DNA of 40,794 nt from a virus (lineage: Duplodnaviria; Caudoviricetes). The number at the start of each line of letters is the position of its first letter. Position 1 is the stretch's first letter. The translations under genes and the position numbers were made by a program. Location of the stretch: positions 1-40,794 of IMG/VR virus record IMGVR_UViG_3300010048_000022, one strand, 5' to 3'. This document shows, piece by piece, positions 24,202 through 34,708 of the stretch. The notes beneath the pieces are model-generated. The model did no database searches. It saw only the letters and a list, made by a program, of their open reading frames with translations, and was not told the DNA's origin.

Positions 24202-26495
24202 GGTGTGGAGCCGGGGATCTTGCCGAGGGCCGATGGTGTCTGCAAAAGAGCATTCCTGACGGAGCGCGGGTGCATAATAGCTTCCTGCGTCCCGGCTGTG
24301 AGGCCGAGGCCTGCCCACGGCAGCAGGTGGTTGGCTATAGTCCCAATCGAGCTGCCACCGCCCAGTTGCATAGCATGGGCCAGCCTCTCAGGATTGTTGC
24401 CCCAGGACCCCACTGCTCCAAGGCCGCCGCTGACCCAGTTCCACAGCGGAATGTTGCTGAAGAACCCCGACCCAGAGTAGCGATCCCTGTAGGTCTTTGC
24501 GTTCTCCGCGGTGGCGTCGGCCGCCTGTGTCAGCTCCTTGTTCTTCGCAACTGCCGCATTCTTTCTGGTTACGACGGCCCTTCCTTCCTGCATCCTGTTA
24601 GCGATAGTCGTATTCCTGTTGACGGACTCCATTGCGCCCTTGTAGTTTTCACCAGACGTCTTGGCAACTTCCGACTCCGTTTTGTAATTCTCGTCAGCTG
24701 CTGTCTTAGCCTTAATGAGAGCCTCATCCGCGTTCTTCTGTCGGTCGATGGCAGCCTGCACTTGAGTGGCCTTCCCCGGCCCTGCCAGTGCAGTCTGGGC
24801 GTCGGGATGCAGCGCCTTCCAACCCTCGGGGTCACTCCTGATCTTCGCAGAGGCGAACTCGTTCAGGCCCTTTGCCAGCTCCGGCTCCGTTCTTAGCTTT
24901 GCTAACTGGTCGCCCGCCTTGTCCGTCCCCTCTAGCAGATTTTTGATGACGTCCGCCGATCCCAGCGTCTCCTGACCCGCATTCTTCGTGGAGATTGCCT
25001 TGCTCGTCAGCCCCACCTTTGAGTAGAGGTCAGTCATCTGCCCATTATAGTCTTTGAAGGCTTTCAGTGCCTCCGGCCCGACCTTTGCTGCTCCTGCTTC
25101 AATGTCCGACGACAGCGACTTATAGAGTTCGGCGAGCTTCGCTCGATCGAGCCCATTCACCGTCCCAGGAGTCCCAAGCGCATCGCCGATCCCGCTCCGC
25201 AGGATCTTCACGTTCCTCAGGAGAGTGTCGGGGGCATCTCCGACGGAGCCGCCCTGTCCAGCCACCACCTTATCCAGTGCGCTCTCCATCTGGGCTGGGA
25301 GCTTGCCGCGCAGGGTCTTCATGAGCCCCTCCAGCTCACCAGCGTCCTGCCACCCATTCTTGAGAGTGCTCGTGAAGTTTGTGAGCTTCATGGGCGTGTC
25401 GTCGGGCAGCTTCTCGTACATGCCCTGCTCGATAGCCTTGGCCTTCTCGGGAAAGCTCCCTGGCACCGGCACTCCATTCTCGTCTACGCCGTTCACCCAA
25501 TTCCTGAAATGCTGCTGTACCTTGGGCGCGGCTGTCGCTTGGTCGTAAGAGGTGCCGCCCACCGCCTTAGCCGCTGCCTCCCGATCCGCCTCCGAGGCCC
25601 AGCCCTCCTTCATGTGAGCGTCCTCGGCCGCATCATAGAGGCCCTGCTTCTTGGTCGCCGCATCCTGCAGTAGCTGATCGGTGTGACGCTGCGCCTCAGA
25701 GGCTATGTCCGCCCTTAAGTTGGCCTGACTCGTTCTGTAGTCGGGGCCTTGATCCTTGAACTTCTCGGCCGCAGCCTTCGACGCATCCAGTTCACCAGTG
25801 CCTTGAAACTCCTTGAGTGCATTCGCGGCCTTCTCTGCTGCCGGACCCGCTTTCCTATACTCGTTCAGGTCGAGTCCTAGGCGAGCTAGTGCTGGTCCAC
25901 CGAACCCAGTTGCCATAGAGGTGATCCATGAAGGCAGCCCTGTCAGCTTCTCTACGGCCCCACCTGCGAGTTCGGGGCCAAACGTCCACCCACCCAGAGT
26001 ACCAATAGTACCGAGAGCTGTCTCCTCTGGGGCAGCAAGACCTGCACCTATAGCTAGGGGAACGGCTGCTGTCCCGTATCCGAGTGCTCGCCCCATGTAG
26101 TCGGACCAGGTCTTTGGCTGCCAGTCAGGATTGTACAGATTGTTCTTCGCTGCCGAGGCCTCCCAGTCGGCAGGAGTCGAAGTAGGCTCCCATGAGGCAG
26201 TAGGCTGCCCCGTTAATTTGGAGATCCCCTTATTGATGAGGCCTGGCAGCCCCAGTAGGCCTGACCCCCCTTCGACAACCCCCTGCTTGAAGGCAGTTCC
26301 GAAGGAGGAGTCTCCCTTATTCTGATTCTCCAGAGTCTTGCGAGTCTTGTCATCGAGCAGTGACCTCGCCCGTGCCGCTCCATCAGACTCCTGCTGTAGA
26401 GGCGTGGTCGGCGGCTCCGTCGGAGTCTCCGTGGTAGTTGTAGGAGCAGCGCCTCCACCCAGGAGGCTTCGGGCTCGCTCTTCGCCTGGCGTCAT
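24198..26495 (-). CDS. Large DNA ejection / internal virion protein
   Basis: 765 aa, Ala/Gly-rich helical with hydrophobic Gly stretches; last gene of ejection cluster. Confidence 0.65.
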   Translation of the reverse strand: MTPGEERARSLLGGGAAPTTTTETPTEPPTTPLQQESDGAARARSLLDDKTRKTLENQNKGDSSFGTAFKQGVVEGGSGLLGLPGLINKGISKLTGQPTASWEPTSTPADWEASAAKNNLYNPDWQPKTWSDYMGRALGYGTAAVPLAIGAGLAAPEETALGTIGTLGGWTFGPELAGGAVEKLTGLPSWITSMATGFGGPALARLGLDLNEYRKAGPAAEKAANALKEFQGTGELDASKAAAEKFKDQGPDYRTSQANLRADIASEAQRHTDQLLQDAATKKQGLYDAAEDAHMKEGWASEADREAAAKAVGGTSYDQATAAPKVQQHFRNWVNGVDENGVPVPGSFPEKAKAIEQGMYEKLPDDTPMKLTNFTSTLKNGWQDAGELEGLMKTLRGKLPAQMESALDKVVAGQGGSVGDAPDTLLRNVKILRSGIGDALGTPGTVNGLDRAKLAELYKSLSSDIEAGAAKVGPEALKAFKDYNGQMTDLYSKVGLTSKAISTKNAGQETLGSADVIKNLLEGTDKAGDQLAKLRTEPELAKGLNEFASAKIRSDPEGWKALHPDAQTALAGPGKATQVQAAIDRQKNADEALIKAKTAADENYKTESEVAKTSGENYKGAMESVNRNTTIANRMQEGRAVVTRKNAAVAKNKELTQAADATAENAKTYRDRYSGSGFFSNIPLWNWVSGGLGAVGSWGNNPERLAHAMQLGGGSSIGTIANHLLPWAGLGLTAGTQEAIMHPRSVRNALLQTPSALGKIPGSTP

Positions 26496-28117
26496 TTCTT
26501 AGGCTCCTTCGGCACGAGTCCGCGCTTCACCAGATCATCATACTGGTCGGAGTAGCGCTTGATGGCGACTTCGGCAGCCGGTCCCCGCTGGTCACCGAAC
26601 CATCCACTCTGAAAGGCTCGATCGAGGGCGGGCAGTGAGTTGAATTTAAGCTGACCATCTGGTGCCAGCTGCAATCCCTCTTTACGGAACTCCGCGTTAA
26701 TGAAACTCAGTGGTGGAGACTGCTTGTTGAAGGCTTCCTCCGCTCCCAGCAGGACACCGTGGCTCGCCTTATTCTGCAGCCATTCGTTCTTGAAATTGTG
26801 CTTCGCCTCCATGTACTTGGCAAAGCCTTGAATGCCTGCAGACAGTATTTTGATGCCGCCGGGGCTATTCTCGAGACCGGGCACCGAGGCCAGACTCTGC
26901 ACGAAGAGGCCATAAGCCTTTCGCCCCTCCCCCTGAAACATGTTCTCCTGCTGGAAGGCCATAGTCTGCGAGAGCTTCACCACATCTTCCATACTCTGAA
27001 TACCTTCTACCCGATCTATTTCCTCCTTACTAGGAGGCTGCCCCGTCATAGTATGGATTGCCTGCATAAACTTGGACAGCTCAAGACGAGCACTCGCCCC
27101 AGCGCCAGGCGTGTACCACGCACCCGCATCCTGCGCCTTCTGGCTCGCCGACAGCACCTGCGCGATCTGCGCCTGCGTATTGAGCGCTCCATTGTAGGCA
27201 GGTGTCTCTTTATGATCGTAGTCGTCTATAGCATCAGCATTACGCTTCTCGTCCGAGGGGTTCGACAGATGAACCCTCCCCAAATAGTCGGGAGCCGTGA
27301 AGCCAATCTTATTTATGTCGCTCATATCATACGGCTTCCCACTCACTGGATTGGGGTTCTGCTCACTGCCAGTCGTGGTAGCCCCTGGTGCAGGAGGTGC
27401 TGCGCCGCCTGTCGGGCCACCAGCCGGAGTCGATGGCATAGCCCCGCCTTCCATAACTCCAGGTACGTGGAGAGGATAGCCCTCCGGAGTCAGTTGCGTG
27501 GTGCCTATCCAAGGCGTGATATGACCCAAGTCGCCACCAGCTGCTAGGAACGGTCCAGTAAAGACAGCCTTCGCGGCGTCCTGCGCAGCCTTGTAGCCCG
27601 TCGGCGTATTCAGATCGTACTTCCCGATCTTGGCCGCGAATGCATCCTCCATAGCCTGCACCTGCGGAGCCACCCGATCTCGGACACTCGGATCAACCGT
27701 TAGGAGTGCATTCTTGAAGATCTCGTGTGTCCGCTCTGGACTGGCAATGGCCATGAGCCCCGCTTGCAGCACAGAGTTGTACCCTGATTGGGCCATCGCC
27801 TGCTGACCCGACGCAATCCTCTGTGCTACCTCTTTACGCTGCATATCCAAATTCTGCAGCGTGCGTGCGTTGGCCAGCGCCTCGCCTCCGAATGCATTAA
27901 TCATCGGGTTCTTCATTGCCGTATTAATCCCATCCTCCAAACTATCGGAGTGGGCAATGATCTCCCCAAGTGATTGGGCGGCCATGAACTTGGCTTGGAA
28001 CATCCGATTTTCGTTCATCTTGTTCTGGAAATCGGCGAGGGAGTTCATCATCCCAAACGGGTTGACTCCCTGCGAGCCAGGGACGAACGGTTCGGGAACG
28101 CCAGGACTGGGCATCAC
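26492..28117 (-). CDS. DNA ejection protein (P22 gp20-like position)
   Basis: Gln/Ala/Met-rich helical protein; synteny. Confidence 0.6.
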   Translation of the reverse strand: MMPSPGVPEPFVPGSQGVNPFGMMNSLADFQNKMNENRMFQAKFMAAQSLGEIIAHSDSLEDGINTAMKNPMINAFGGEALANARTLQNLDMQRKEVAQRIASGQQAMAQSGYNSVLQAGLMAIASPERTHEIFKNALLTVDPSVRDRVAPQVQAMEDAFAAKIGKYDLNTPTGYKAAQDAAKAVFTGPFLAAGGDLGHITPWIGTTQLTPEGYPLHVPGVMEGGAMPSTPAGGPTGGAAPPAPGATTTGSEQNPNPVSGKPYDMSDINKIGFTAPDYLGRVHLSNPSDEKRNADAIDDYDHKETPAYNGALNTQAQIAQVLSASQKAQDAGAWYTPGAGASARLELSKFMQAIHTMTGQPPSKEEIDRVEGIQSMEDVVKLSQTMAFQQENMFQGEGRKAYGLFVQSLASVPGLENSPGGIKILSAGIQGFAKYMEAKHNFKNEWLQNKASHGVLLGAEEAFNKQSPPLSFINAEFRKEGLQLAPDGQLKFNSLPALDRAFQSGWFGDQRGPAAEVAIKRYSDQYDDLVKRGLVPKEPKK

Positions 28118-28680
28118 TCTTCTCCATTATCAGGCTGACCTTGATCAGGAGCTGGACTTGGAGGCCCAGCTCCTCCAGGCATCATACTATTCCCCATTCC
28201 CGGGGAGCCACCACGGCCTCCACCCTGAGTGCGGATGTGATCAGCATGAAGGGAGGTCATGGCCGCGATGCCTCGATGCACAGCTGCCGCTTCCATATTT
28301 TGATGGAGTCGGGCTTCCATTTGGCGCGCTTGCTGATCCTGCTGCTGCACCCATGCGGCGAGCCCCTGGCCTCCGGTGGTGGGCATCTGTGCGAGCATCC
28401 CTGCCAGCACCTGCGGGCTGAAGCCAGCACCGACGAGCGCCCCTGCCCCCTTGATGACCTCCTCGACGGTGATGGTGTCGCCGAGCTTCATGAGCGCATC
28501 CATCTCCCGGCGTACGGCCTCCATACGCTTCGCGCTCTCTCCCAGCTGCTTGTATTGGGCGTCTGCATTATCCCAAGCTTGTTGGATGTTGCCGCTCAGG
28601 TTGTCGCCAGCCTGTGCCGGACCTCCGGCCGCTCGTTGCTTGCCGTTCGTGCCCCGCAGAGCATTCATCCGCATCGCCAT
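28114..28680 (-). CDS. Gln/Gly/Met-rich hypothetical virion-module protein
   Basis: AAGGA SD; located between ejection genes. Confidence 0.6.
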   Translation of the reverse strand: MAMRMNALRGTNGKQRAAGGPAQAGDNLSGNIQQAWDNADAQYKQLGESAKRMEAVRREMDALMKLGDTITVEEVIKGAGALVGAGFSPQVLAGMLAQMPTTGGQGLAAWVQQQDQQARQMEARLHQNMEAAAVHRGIAAMTSLHADHIRTQGGGRGGSPGMGNSMMPGGAGPPSPAPDQGQPDNGEE

Positions 28681-28684
28681 GTCC

Positions 28685-29485
28685 TTACCCCGTAATCATC
28701 TGGTCGGTGAGACCACTGAAGTCACTGTCTGTTAGGTTCGGTGTATCATTGAAAGTACTACCAATGTTTCCGCTAAACAGGCCTCCTCCGCCACCGAGCG
28801 CATTCATCAGGCTAAAGTTGGCAAGCGAGTTGCCCGCCGAGCTTATACCGCCGCCGAGTGCATTTGCCGCTCCTGTAATGCCTGCGGCCGTCGCCGCGCC
28901 CTGCCCACTTTGGAGCCCCGCAATGCTTGACCCAAATTGGGAGGCGGTGCCGCCCCACGCGGCCGCTGCCTGCGCACCCATTCCGGCCATCGAGTTCATC
29001 ATATTAAAGAGCTGTGCATTCTGCCCCAAATAATTCTGGAACTGCTGCTGGTAGGTAGTGGAGGCGAGGCCCTCTGCATAATTGATCGCGCCCTTCGCTC
29101 CTGGGCCGGAGGGCGTGGCAGCCGTCGCTCCCTGCGTGACGCCTGCACCCAGTCCTTGTCCCGAGTAGGCGTTCGCCGTAGCCTGCTCCCCTTGCTGGAG
29201 GGTGAACTGATAGCCAGGCGTGGCAGCGAGGTCGGCCATCGTCGGATTGAACGGCTTCGTCAACGTCCCAATGTTCTGCTGGAGGAGGTTGGCCCCCGTC
29301 GCACCCACTCCAAAGTACGGCGTCAGAAGGCCAGCTAAATTCTCCTGCTCAGCAATCTGCGTCTGGATGCCACTCTGCATCGCCTTGGCTTGCGCGTTGG
29401 AGCCCATGATGCCACCGAGGGCTGAGATCCCTCCTCCAGCAACACTTCCGAGCGCGCCGAGCGCAGGACCTGACATCGAGGGCAT
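28685..29485 (-). CDS. DNA transfer protein (P22 gp7-like)
   Basis: Gly/Ala hydrophobic N-terminus; LAATPGYQFTLQQG motif; GGAG SD. Confidence 0.75.
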   Translation of the reverse strand: MPSMSGPALGALGSVAGGGISALGGIMGSNAQAKAMQSGIQTQIAEQENLAGLLTPYFGVGATGANLLQQNIGTLTKPFNPTMADLAATPGYQFTLQQGEQATANAYSGQGLGAGVTQGATAATPSGPGAKGAINYAEGLASTTYQQQFQNYLGQNAQLFNMMNSMAGMGAQAAAAWGGTASQFGSSIAGLQSGQGAATAAGITGAANALGGGISSAGNSLANFSLMNALGGGGGLFSGNIGSTFNDTPNLTDSDFSGLTDQMITG

Positions 29486-29486
29486 G

Positions 29487-29978
29487 TTACTCTCCAATCC
29501 AGAGTTGGTAAGTCTCCTGGATTGGTATGGCTCCGAGAGACTTAAAGAAGCGACCTATCCGCTCTCCCCTACCCTGCAACCTATGATGCGGGAACACACA
29601 CTGGATGCCGATGGTCTTGAGCCCTGCCAGACTCTCCATGAAGAGTTTGGCTCCACTCCCCCACGGGCTGCCCGGCTCCACAAACCAAGCGCCCTGCGTT
29701 GCAATCGGCAGTCCCTCACTCTCGAGGTCCCAGCTCACATTCCACGTACAGTAGCCCTTGAGGACACCGTCCACCCTCAGCGAGTAGCATCGGATGAGGC
29801 CGAGCCGATCAGCTTTAATCATCCGCTCCACGTCAATCTTTATGCGCCGCGGCGTCCCAACCGGCTCCACCTCTTGCGCATGAGCCATCACCAGCGCCTC
29901 CACGGCGGGCCACAGTGCCTCGAATGGCTCCCTCGTGACTCGGACGAAGCGGGTCGGATCAGAGGGCTCCGCACTCAT
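29487..29978 (-). CDS. GNAT-fold acetyltransferase-like protein
   Basis: WFVEPG..GSGAKLF..GRFFKSLGAIPIQETY; sits at P22 gp14-like position. Confidence 0.6.
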   Translation of the reverse strand: MSAEPSDPTRFVRVTREPFEALWPAVEALVMAHAQEVEPVGTPRRIKIDVERMIKADRLGLIRCYSLRVDGVLKGYCTWNVSWDLESEGLPIATQGAWFVEPGSPWGSGAKLFMESLAGLKTIGIQCVFPHHRLQGRGERIGRFFKSLGAIPIQETYQLWIGE

Positions 29979-30597
29979 CCCGCACCTCCTGCTTCAAACG
30001 CTCGATATTTTCGCGGTTCATCTCTAGCTCTGCCATCCGTCGCCGGAGATCAATCTGAACGTTCGTGGATTGCCACTGGGCCCACCATTGGGTATCCCAA
30101 GGGATGCCTAAGCAATAATCCCAGATCCACCTCGCACAGCTCTCGAGGTCCAAATCTTGATAAGAGACTGTCCGCACTCCGGCGGCGCTGACGGCCCACA
30201 AATCCTGCACCCTCCGGCTCCAGTCCTCGGCCTCGGGCCTAATCCCCTTCACCATGAGCGACTTCAGACACTCGACTGGATCTCTCTGTACCACGAGGAG
30301 TCTCGCCCTAGGTATCCGTGCTGCGATCAGCTTGTAAGCGAAGGCCGCTCCCGTCTCCACAGTCCCGTCCAGCCGATTGTCTTCCCGATTAAAGAGTATC
30401 TCGCACTCATCCACGCTCGCACACTTCGAGAAGGCATCATGCCCCACACTCCGAATGCGTCTCCCATCATGCACATAAGATAACCAGTGTGAGAGCCAGG
30501 CCGTTCTACTCCTGGGGAGCGCAAAGATGACGAACGGGGAGTCAAGTCGACCTATCGGCCGACTTTCCTCAGAAGTATTCATGTTGAGCCCGCTCAT
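29959..30597 (-). CDS. Sulfotransferase-like P-loop protein
   Basis: FVIFALPRSRTAWL (5'-PSB-like); VVQRDPVECLKS (3'-PB-like). Confidence 0.6.
   Translation of the reverse strand: MSGLNMNTSEESRPIGRLDSPFVIFALPRSRTAWLSHWLSYVHDGRRIRSVGHDAFSKCASVDECEILFNREDNRLDGTVETGAAFAYKLIAARIPRARLLVVQRDPVECLKSLMVKGIRPEAEDWSRRVQDLWAVSAAGVRTVSYQDLDLESCARWIWDYCLGIPWDTQWWAQWQSTNVQIDLRRRMAELEMNRENIERLKQEVRDECGAL
30081..30101 (-). repeat. Dispersed 21-bp motif copy 5
   Basis: Reverse complement CTTGGGATACCCAATGGTGGG. Confidence 0.8.
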
Positions 30598-31058
30598 CAG
30601 ATACCCCCTGGCCACCACACCACTTGCGGCGTATCTCCATACCAGACCACTTTTAGGATGTCGCCCTTCACCACTACAAACTGCCCACCAATATTACTGA
30701 TCGTGTAGAAGGTGGTTCCATCCCTTGAATACTCGATCTGCCCACCATACGCAGTCAGTAGTCCGTTGGCCGGTGCGGTAAAGGTGAAGGGCGACCCACT
30801 CAGTGACTGCACCTCGGCCGCACCTTTAGGCTGGATAGTGCCAACTTGTCCTTGCGAGTTCCCGTTGTTGTCTATGATGACGGGAGGCCCACCTCCCGTC
30901 TCCTGAATGATTGTGTACGTGTTCGTGATAGTGGAGACGCCACCCCCTGTCTTGCTCCAGAGCGCGTACAGAAACATATACCAGAGGGGCGTAATGTTGC
31001 CTAGCCCATCTACGAACTGATTGTCCTTAGGAAATCCTGTCTGAAAGGGAGGGGCCAT
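30597..31058 (-). CDS. Tail needle/plug-position virion protein
   Basis: Follows gp10-like gene; FVDGLGNITPLWYMFL N-terminus, beta-rich C-terminus. Confidence 0.5.
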   Translation of the reverse strand: MAPPFQTGFPKDNQFVDGLGNITPLWYMFLYALWSKTGGGVSTITNTYTIIQETGGGPPVIIDNNGNSQGQVGTIQPKGAAEVQSLSGSPFTFTAPANGLLTAYGGQIEYSRDGTTFYTISNIGGQFVVVKGDILKVVWYGDTPQVVWWPGGI

Positions 31059-32620
31059 CAGGAGTCTAGAACCTCCGCATCAATCCATGCCCCATTCAGT
31101 GCTGAGAGTCCGGCTGCACTAAAACTCAGCTCAAAGATGCGGTCTCTCGAAATTCCGAGTCCGCGCCACGTCGGCCACCGACCGAACACACCCTCCGGCC
31201 CATACGGATAAAAAATCCCATTCTTCCATGAGTTGCCTCGATCATCACTCCAGCGAAGTGTGACCTGCGGATTGCCGTCTGCCCCCATCGGCACATGTCC
31301 AGCATCCATATCCGCATAGAAGTGGTTATACTTGATCCGCCGCCCATCCGTCTCCGCAGGCTGCGGCGTTCCCTGTACGCGTGCTTGTCCAATGTGGTGG
31401 AACGTCCTCAGCCACGTAATGGGGGCGGGATCTGTGCCAGGCGGATACCCCGGACTATTCAGATCCTCTAGCGCATCATCATAATAGTAGTTGGGATCAA
31501 GCACATACAGTGATCCGTTCTGCCAATCCCCCACTACAAACACTCCATTCTGTCCATTCCAGATTGCGTCCTGCATATACGCTCCGCAATACACCCTACT
31601 CCGATGCTGGGTACCCGAACTGTCAGCCCAAGTCCATTGGTGCCATGCATCATTGGGATCTGACACGGCCGCATCATAGACCCAAGTCTGATCGCCGGTC
31701 GGGAATGTCAGCACATAGAAGATATGGCCTGCCACCATACAGGTGAAGCCGACGGCATCCGCAATCGTTCCCTGCGCTGCCATCTGCATGATCTGGTATT
31801 CGAGCGCATGGTTAGAGATCCTCCTCGTCTCGTAGCCGCGCTGCATCATCACCATCCCCACCCCCTGTTCATTCACTGTCAACCAATACACCTCAATGTT
31901 CTGAAAGGCCGCCGAATAGGGAGCCCTAATCCCATGCTGAATATAAATGCCCTGCAGGAGGGCGAATGGGAATTGTGCTCCTCCCGCATTGTACCAGATC
32001 TCAGACCTCTTCGCCCCGAGCAGCAGGATCTCCCGCTTATTGACAATGAGCCTCTTGAGTGGGTCGGCGAAGGCAGCCTTCGCTGCAAAGTAGAGGGGGT
32101 CGAACGTCACACTTCCCGCCAGCGTGCTCCCGAAGAAGTTAGAGTTCAGCCAGCCCCAGAGCGTATAAGTATCCAGCGTATCCACGCTGGTGGCCCCAGC
32201 AAAAGTCCCCGTCGTATCATTAATCATGGAGAACGAGTTGCTCGCCATCTGAATAAAGTATCCATTCGGACTCCCATCTACGAGTGTGCAGGTCACCCCA
32301 TTATCAGTCATGCTGACTGGCCCCCATATGGAGCCAATATTCCCAATAGCCGCCAGCTGAAGCGCATTATTCAAGTGGTAGACTACCTCCCCGATGACCA
32401 CATAGGCCCCATGAGAGTCGCTCCTACTCCAAATGCCTCGCACCGTACTAATATTCGCAGGGTCATTCACCGCGAAATGGAGTCCTGGCCTCTGATAGTG
32501 GGTCATGGGGACGAGCGCCGTTCCCTTCGGATTGACCTCCGGATACAGGTTCAGCGCCCTCGTACAGCCCGCAATATTAGACCGAGAAGAATAAGCTCCT
32601 CCGATGAGCGGCAGTCTCAT
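31058..32620 (-). CDS. Packaged DNA stabilization / tail hub protein (P22 gp10-like)
   Basis: [54 protein letters not shown]. Confidence 0.85.
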   Translation of the reverse strand: MRLPLIGGAYSSRSNIAGCTRALNLYPEVNPKGTALVPMTHYQRPGLHFAVNDPANISTVRGIWSRSDSHGAYVVIGEVVYHLNNALQLAAIGNIGSIWGPVSMTDNGVTCTLVDGSPNGYFIQMASNSFSMINDTTGTFAGATSVDTLDTYTLWGWLNSNFFGSTLAGSVTFDPLYFAAKAAFADPLKRLIVNKREILLLGAKRSEIWYNAGGAQFPFALLQGIYIQHGIRAPYSAAFQNIEVYWLTVNEQGVGMVMMQRGYETRRISNHALEYQIMQMAAQGTIADAVGFTCMVAGHIFYVLTFPTGDQTWVYDAAVSDPNDAWHQWTWADSSGTQHRSRVYCGAYMQDAIWNGQNGVFVVGDWQNGSLYVLDPNYYYDDALEDLNSPGYPPGTDPAPITWLRTFHHIGQARVQGTPQPAETDGRRIKYNHFYADMDAGHVPMGADGNPQVTLRWSDDRGNSWKNGIFYPYGPEGVFGRWPTWRGLGISRDRIFELSFSAAGLSALNGAWIDAEVLDS

Positions 32621-33576
32621 GCGGTCCTCTGCCCCAGAATGGTGACACCCACATCCGAGAAGTGCGGGTCGAGCGGTGTAGTCGGTGACACCAACTGCAG
32701 AATGTCCCCCGGCACCAGCGCCCCTCCTGGCCCAGCAAACACTCCCACATTGGCCTGCACTTGGAACGTACATGTCCCTAGCGCTGTCACAACACCTGCC
32801 CTAATCCTATTCAGCGTGAATACTGACGCCTGTCCCGCAGCACTGGCCGTCATCACATAGCCTGCGCAGCCCGGCAGTCCCGGTGCCAGCGACATCTGGA
32901 TAACCACCGGATACAGCCAGAACTCATTGGCCGTGGGCTTCCCTGTCTGCGAGAACCGGAGCGCCTCAATCTGGAACGGCACATACAGCAGTCCGTCTGG
33001 CCCGAGCGAGGCCAAATTGCCAGCAGCCGTCGAGATGGCCGTTGGTCCCTGCGGGCCTGCTGGCCCTTGCGGCCCAGTATTTCCTATGGCTCCTTGTGGT
33101 CCCTGTATGCCCTCAACTCCTTGAGGGCCCTGTGGTCCAAGAGGCCCGATCGGTCCCTGCACTCCCTCCGGCCCAGTATTGCCAGTCGGACCAGCAGCTC
33201 CTTGCGGGCCAACTGGTCCTGCCGATCCCTGAGGACCAGCGGGGCCTGAAGGCCCCTGTGGACCTGCGGGTCCAGTCGGCCCCGCAGGTCCAGCAACTCC
33301 TGCCTGCCCCTGAGGACCGACTGCTCCCTGCGGCCCTGTCGGCCCAGCATCGCCAGCAGGTCCACTTGGACCTGCTGGCCCTGGAGGTCCTGGTGGTCCA
33401 GTGAATGATCCTGATTCGTCAGTGATGGGAACCCATTGTCCATTTTGCCTCCCATAGAATTGTCCGTCATCCGGAGCCTCAGGAGCCGTGTCCATCACGA
33501 ACTGCTGAAGGTCCTGCCCGTGGGGCATCAGAGGACCCTTACTTACATTAAAGCTCGGATAGTTTGCGTACGGCAC
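32617..33576 (-). CDS. Collagen-like fibre protein 1
   Basis: About 40 Gly-X-Y triplets; foldon-like [16 protein letters not shown]; C-terminal beta domain. Confidence 0.85.
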   Translation of the reverse strand: MPYANYPSFNVSKGPLMPHGQDLQQFVMDTAPEAPDDGQFYGRQNGQWVPITDESGSFTGPPGPPGPAGPSGPAGDAGPTGPQGAVGPQGQAGVAGPAGPTGPAGPQGPSGPAGPQGSAGPVGPQGAAGPTGNTGPEGVQGPIGPLGPQGPQGVEGIQGPQGAIGNTGPQGPAGPQGPTAISTAAGNLASLGPDGLLYVPFQIEALRFSQTGKPTANEFWLYPVVIQMSLAPGLPGCAGYVMTASAAGQASVFTLNRIRAGVVTALGTCTFQVQANVGVFAGPGGALVPGDILQLVSPTTPLDPHFSDVGVTILGQRTA

Positions 33577-33585
33577 TCTTCCCTC

Positions 33586-34698
33586 CTACCGCCCCATACT
33601 TTCCTCAAGCGCCTGCACCCGCTCCCGCAGCGCCTTAATTTCGGCAATTAGGAGCGGCACAAACTTAGAATAGTCTGCACCCCAAGTATCATTATCCTCA
33701 TCATGGTGAATAGCATCAGGGAATATCTCGATTGCAGTCTGGGCAATCACCCCTTGCCCTCGGAATTGGCTACCTCTCCAACGGAAATCCCAGACTTCCA
33801 GAGCGTCGAGGATTGGCCCCGAGGAAATTTCTCGAAGATCCTCTTTGAGCCGTCCGTCCGAAGTGGTATTATAAGCAGTAGAGTTAGCATTAGCTACAGT
33901 GACAGAGCCGCAAGCCGTTCCACCCTGACCGAAGATAATCGCTGATCCATTGGCTCCAGTCTTGTTCGCCCAAATGCACTGCACTCCGCTTTCGACGACG
34001 AGTCCGGACGTGGAGAAATTGAAGCCCGATGTATTGTTAACTATACCAACCGAGCCTGCACCACAGATAAAACTTATAGCCTGCAATCGGAGTCCGCCGG
34101 TCAGCGTGCCACCCGTCAGCGGCAAGTAGCTGCCAAGACTAGCCGTCACCTGTGCTGCTGTCTGAAACCCGCTCGGATTGCTAGCCGCATATCTCGACGT
34201 GTCGACTGGATGAACGTGCGCTGCATCCGCATACTGCCCACTTGCCCCAATGGCAGCGGTCCCATTCATGAGCGGCGTAGTGGTAGGCGCTGGAGGCATC
34301 GGACCCTGCGGACCCTGCGGCCCCATCTGTCCAGTCTGACCTTGCGCCCCCGTCGCACCAGTCAAGCCCTGCGTACCCTGCGGACCCTGTGGACCAGTAG
34401 GTCCTGCAACACCGGCCGGACCAGCCACTCCCGTGTTCCCTTGTGGACCCTGCGGTCCAATCGGCCCAATCGGTCCAGCAGGCCCCGCCGGTCCCTCTGG
34501 ACCCTCTGGACCTTCCGGTCCCACTGGACCAGTGCCTTCGGCAGGAATTGGCACCCAGTCCAGCCCTTGCTTGGCGTACATCTGCCCATCGACTGGTGCA
34601 GTCGCATCAAGGACCATCTGCTGCAGGTCCTGGCCGGTTGGCAGCAGAGGACCCTGCGTCTGATTGAAGCTGGGATACTTGTCAGTCATGCGAGTCAT
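33586..34698 (-). CDS. Collagen-like fibre protein 2 with C-terminal intramolecular chaperone (peptidase S74-like)
   Basis: Gly-X-Y run; [31 protein letters not shown]. Confidence 0.85.
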   Translation of the reverse strand: MTRMTDKYPSFNQTQGPLLPTGQDLQQMVLDATAPVDGQMYAKQGLDWVPIPAEGTGPVGPEGPEGPEGPAGPAGPIGPIGPQGPQGNTGVAGPAGVAGPTGPQGPQGTQGLTGATGAQGQTGQMGPQGPQGPMPPAPTTTPLMNGTAAIGASGQYADAAHVHPVDTSRYAASNPSGFQTAAQVTASLGSYLPLTGGTLTGGLRLQAISFICGAGSVGIVNNTSGFNFSTSGLVVESGVQCIWANKTGANGSAIIFGQGGTACGSVTVANANSTAYNTTSDGRLKEDLREISSGPILDALEVWDFRWRGSQFRGQGVIAQTAIEIFPDAIHHDEDNDTWGADYSKFVPLLIAEIKALRERVQALEESMGR

Positions 34699-34708
34699 AA
34701 CAACTCTC

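Noticed and set aside
32621-32773. Extended start of gp10-like gene or programmed frameshift from fibre 1
   Set aside because: ATGA coupling at 32620 gives a typical N-terminus; no slippery site seen.
33040-34530. Tandem DNA repeats as a CRISPR array or VNTR
   Set aside because: 9-bp periodicity is explained by collagen Gly-X-Y codons.
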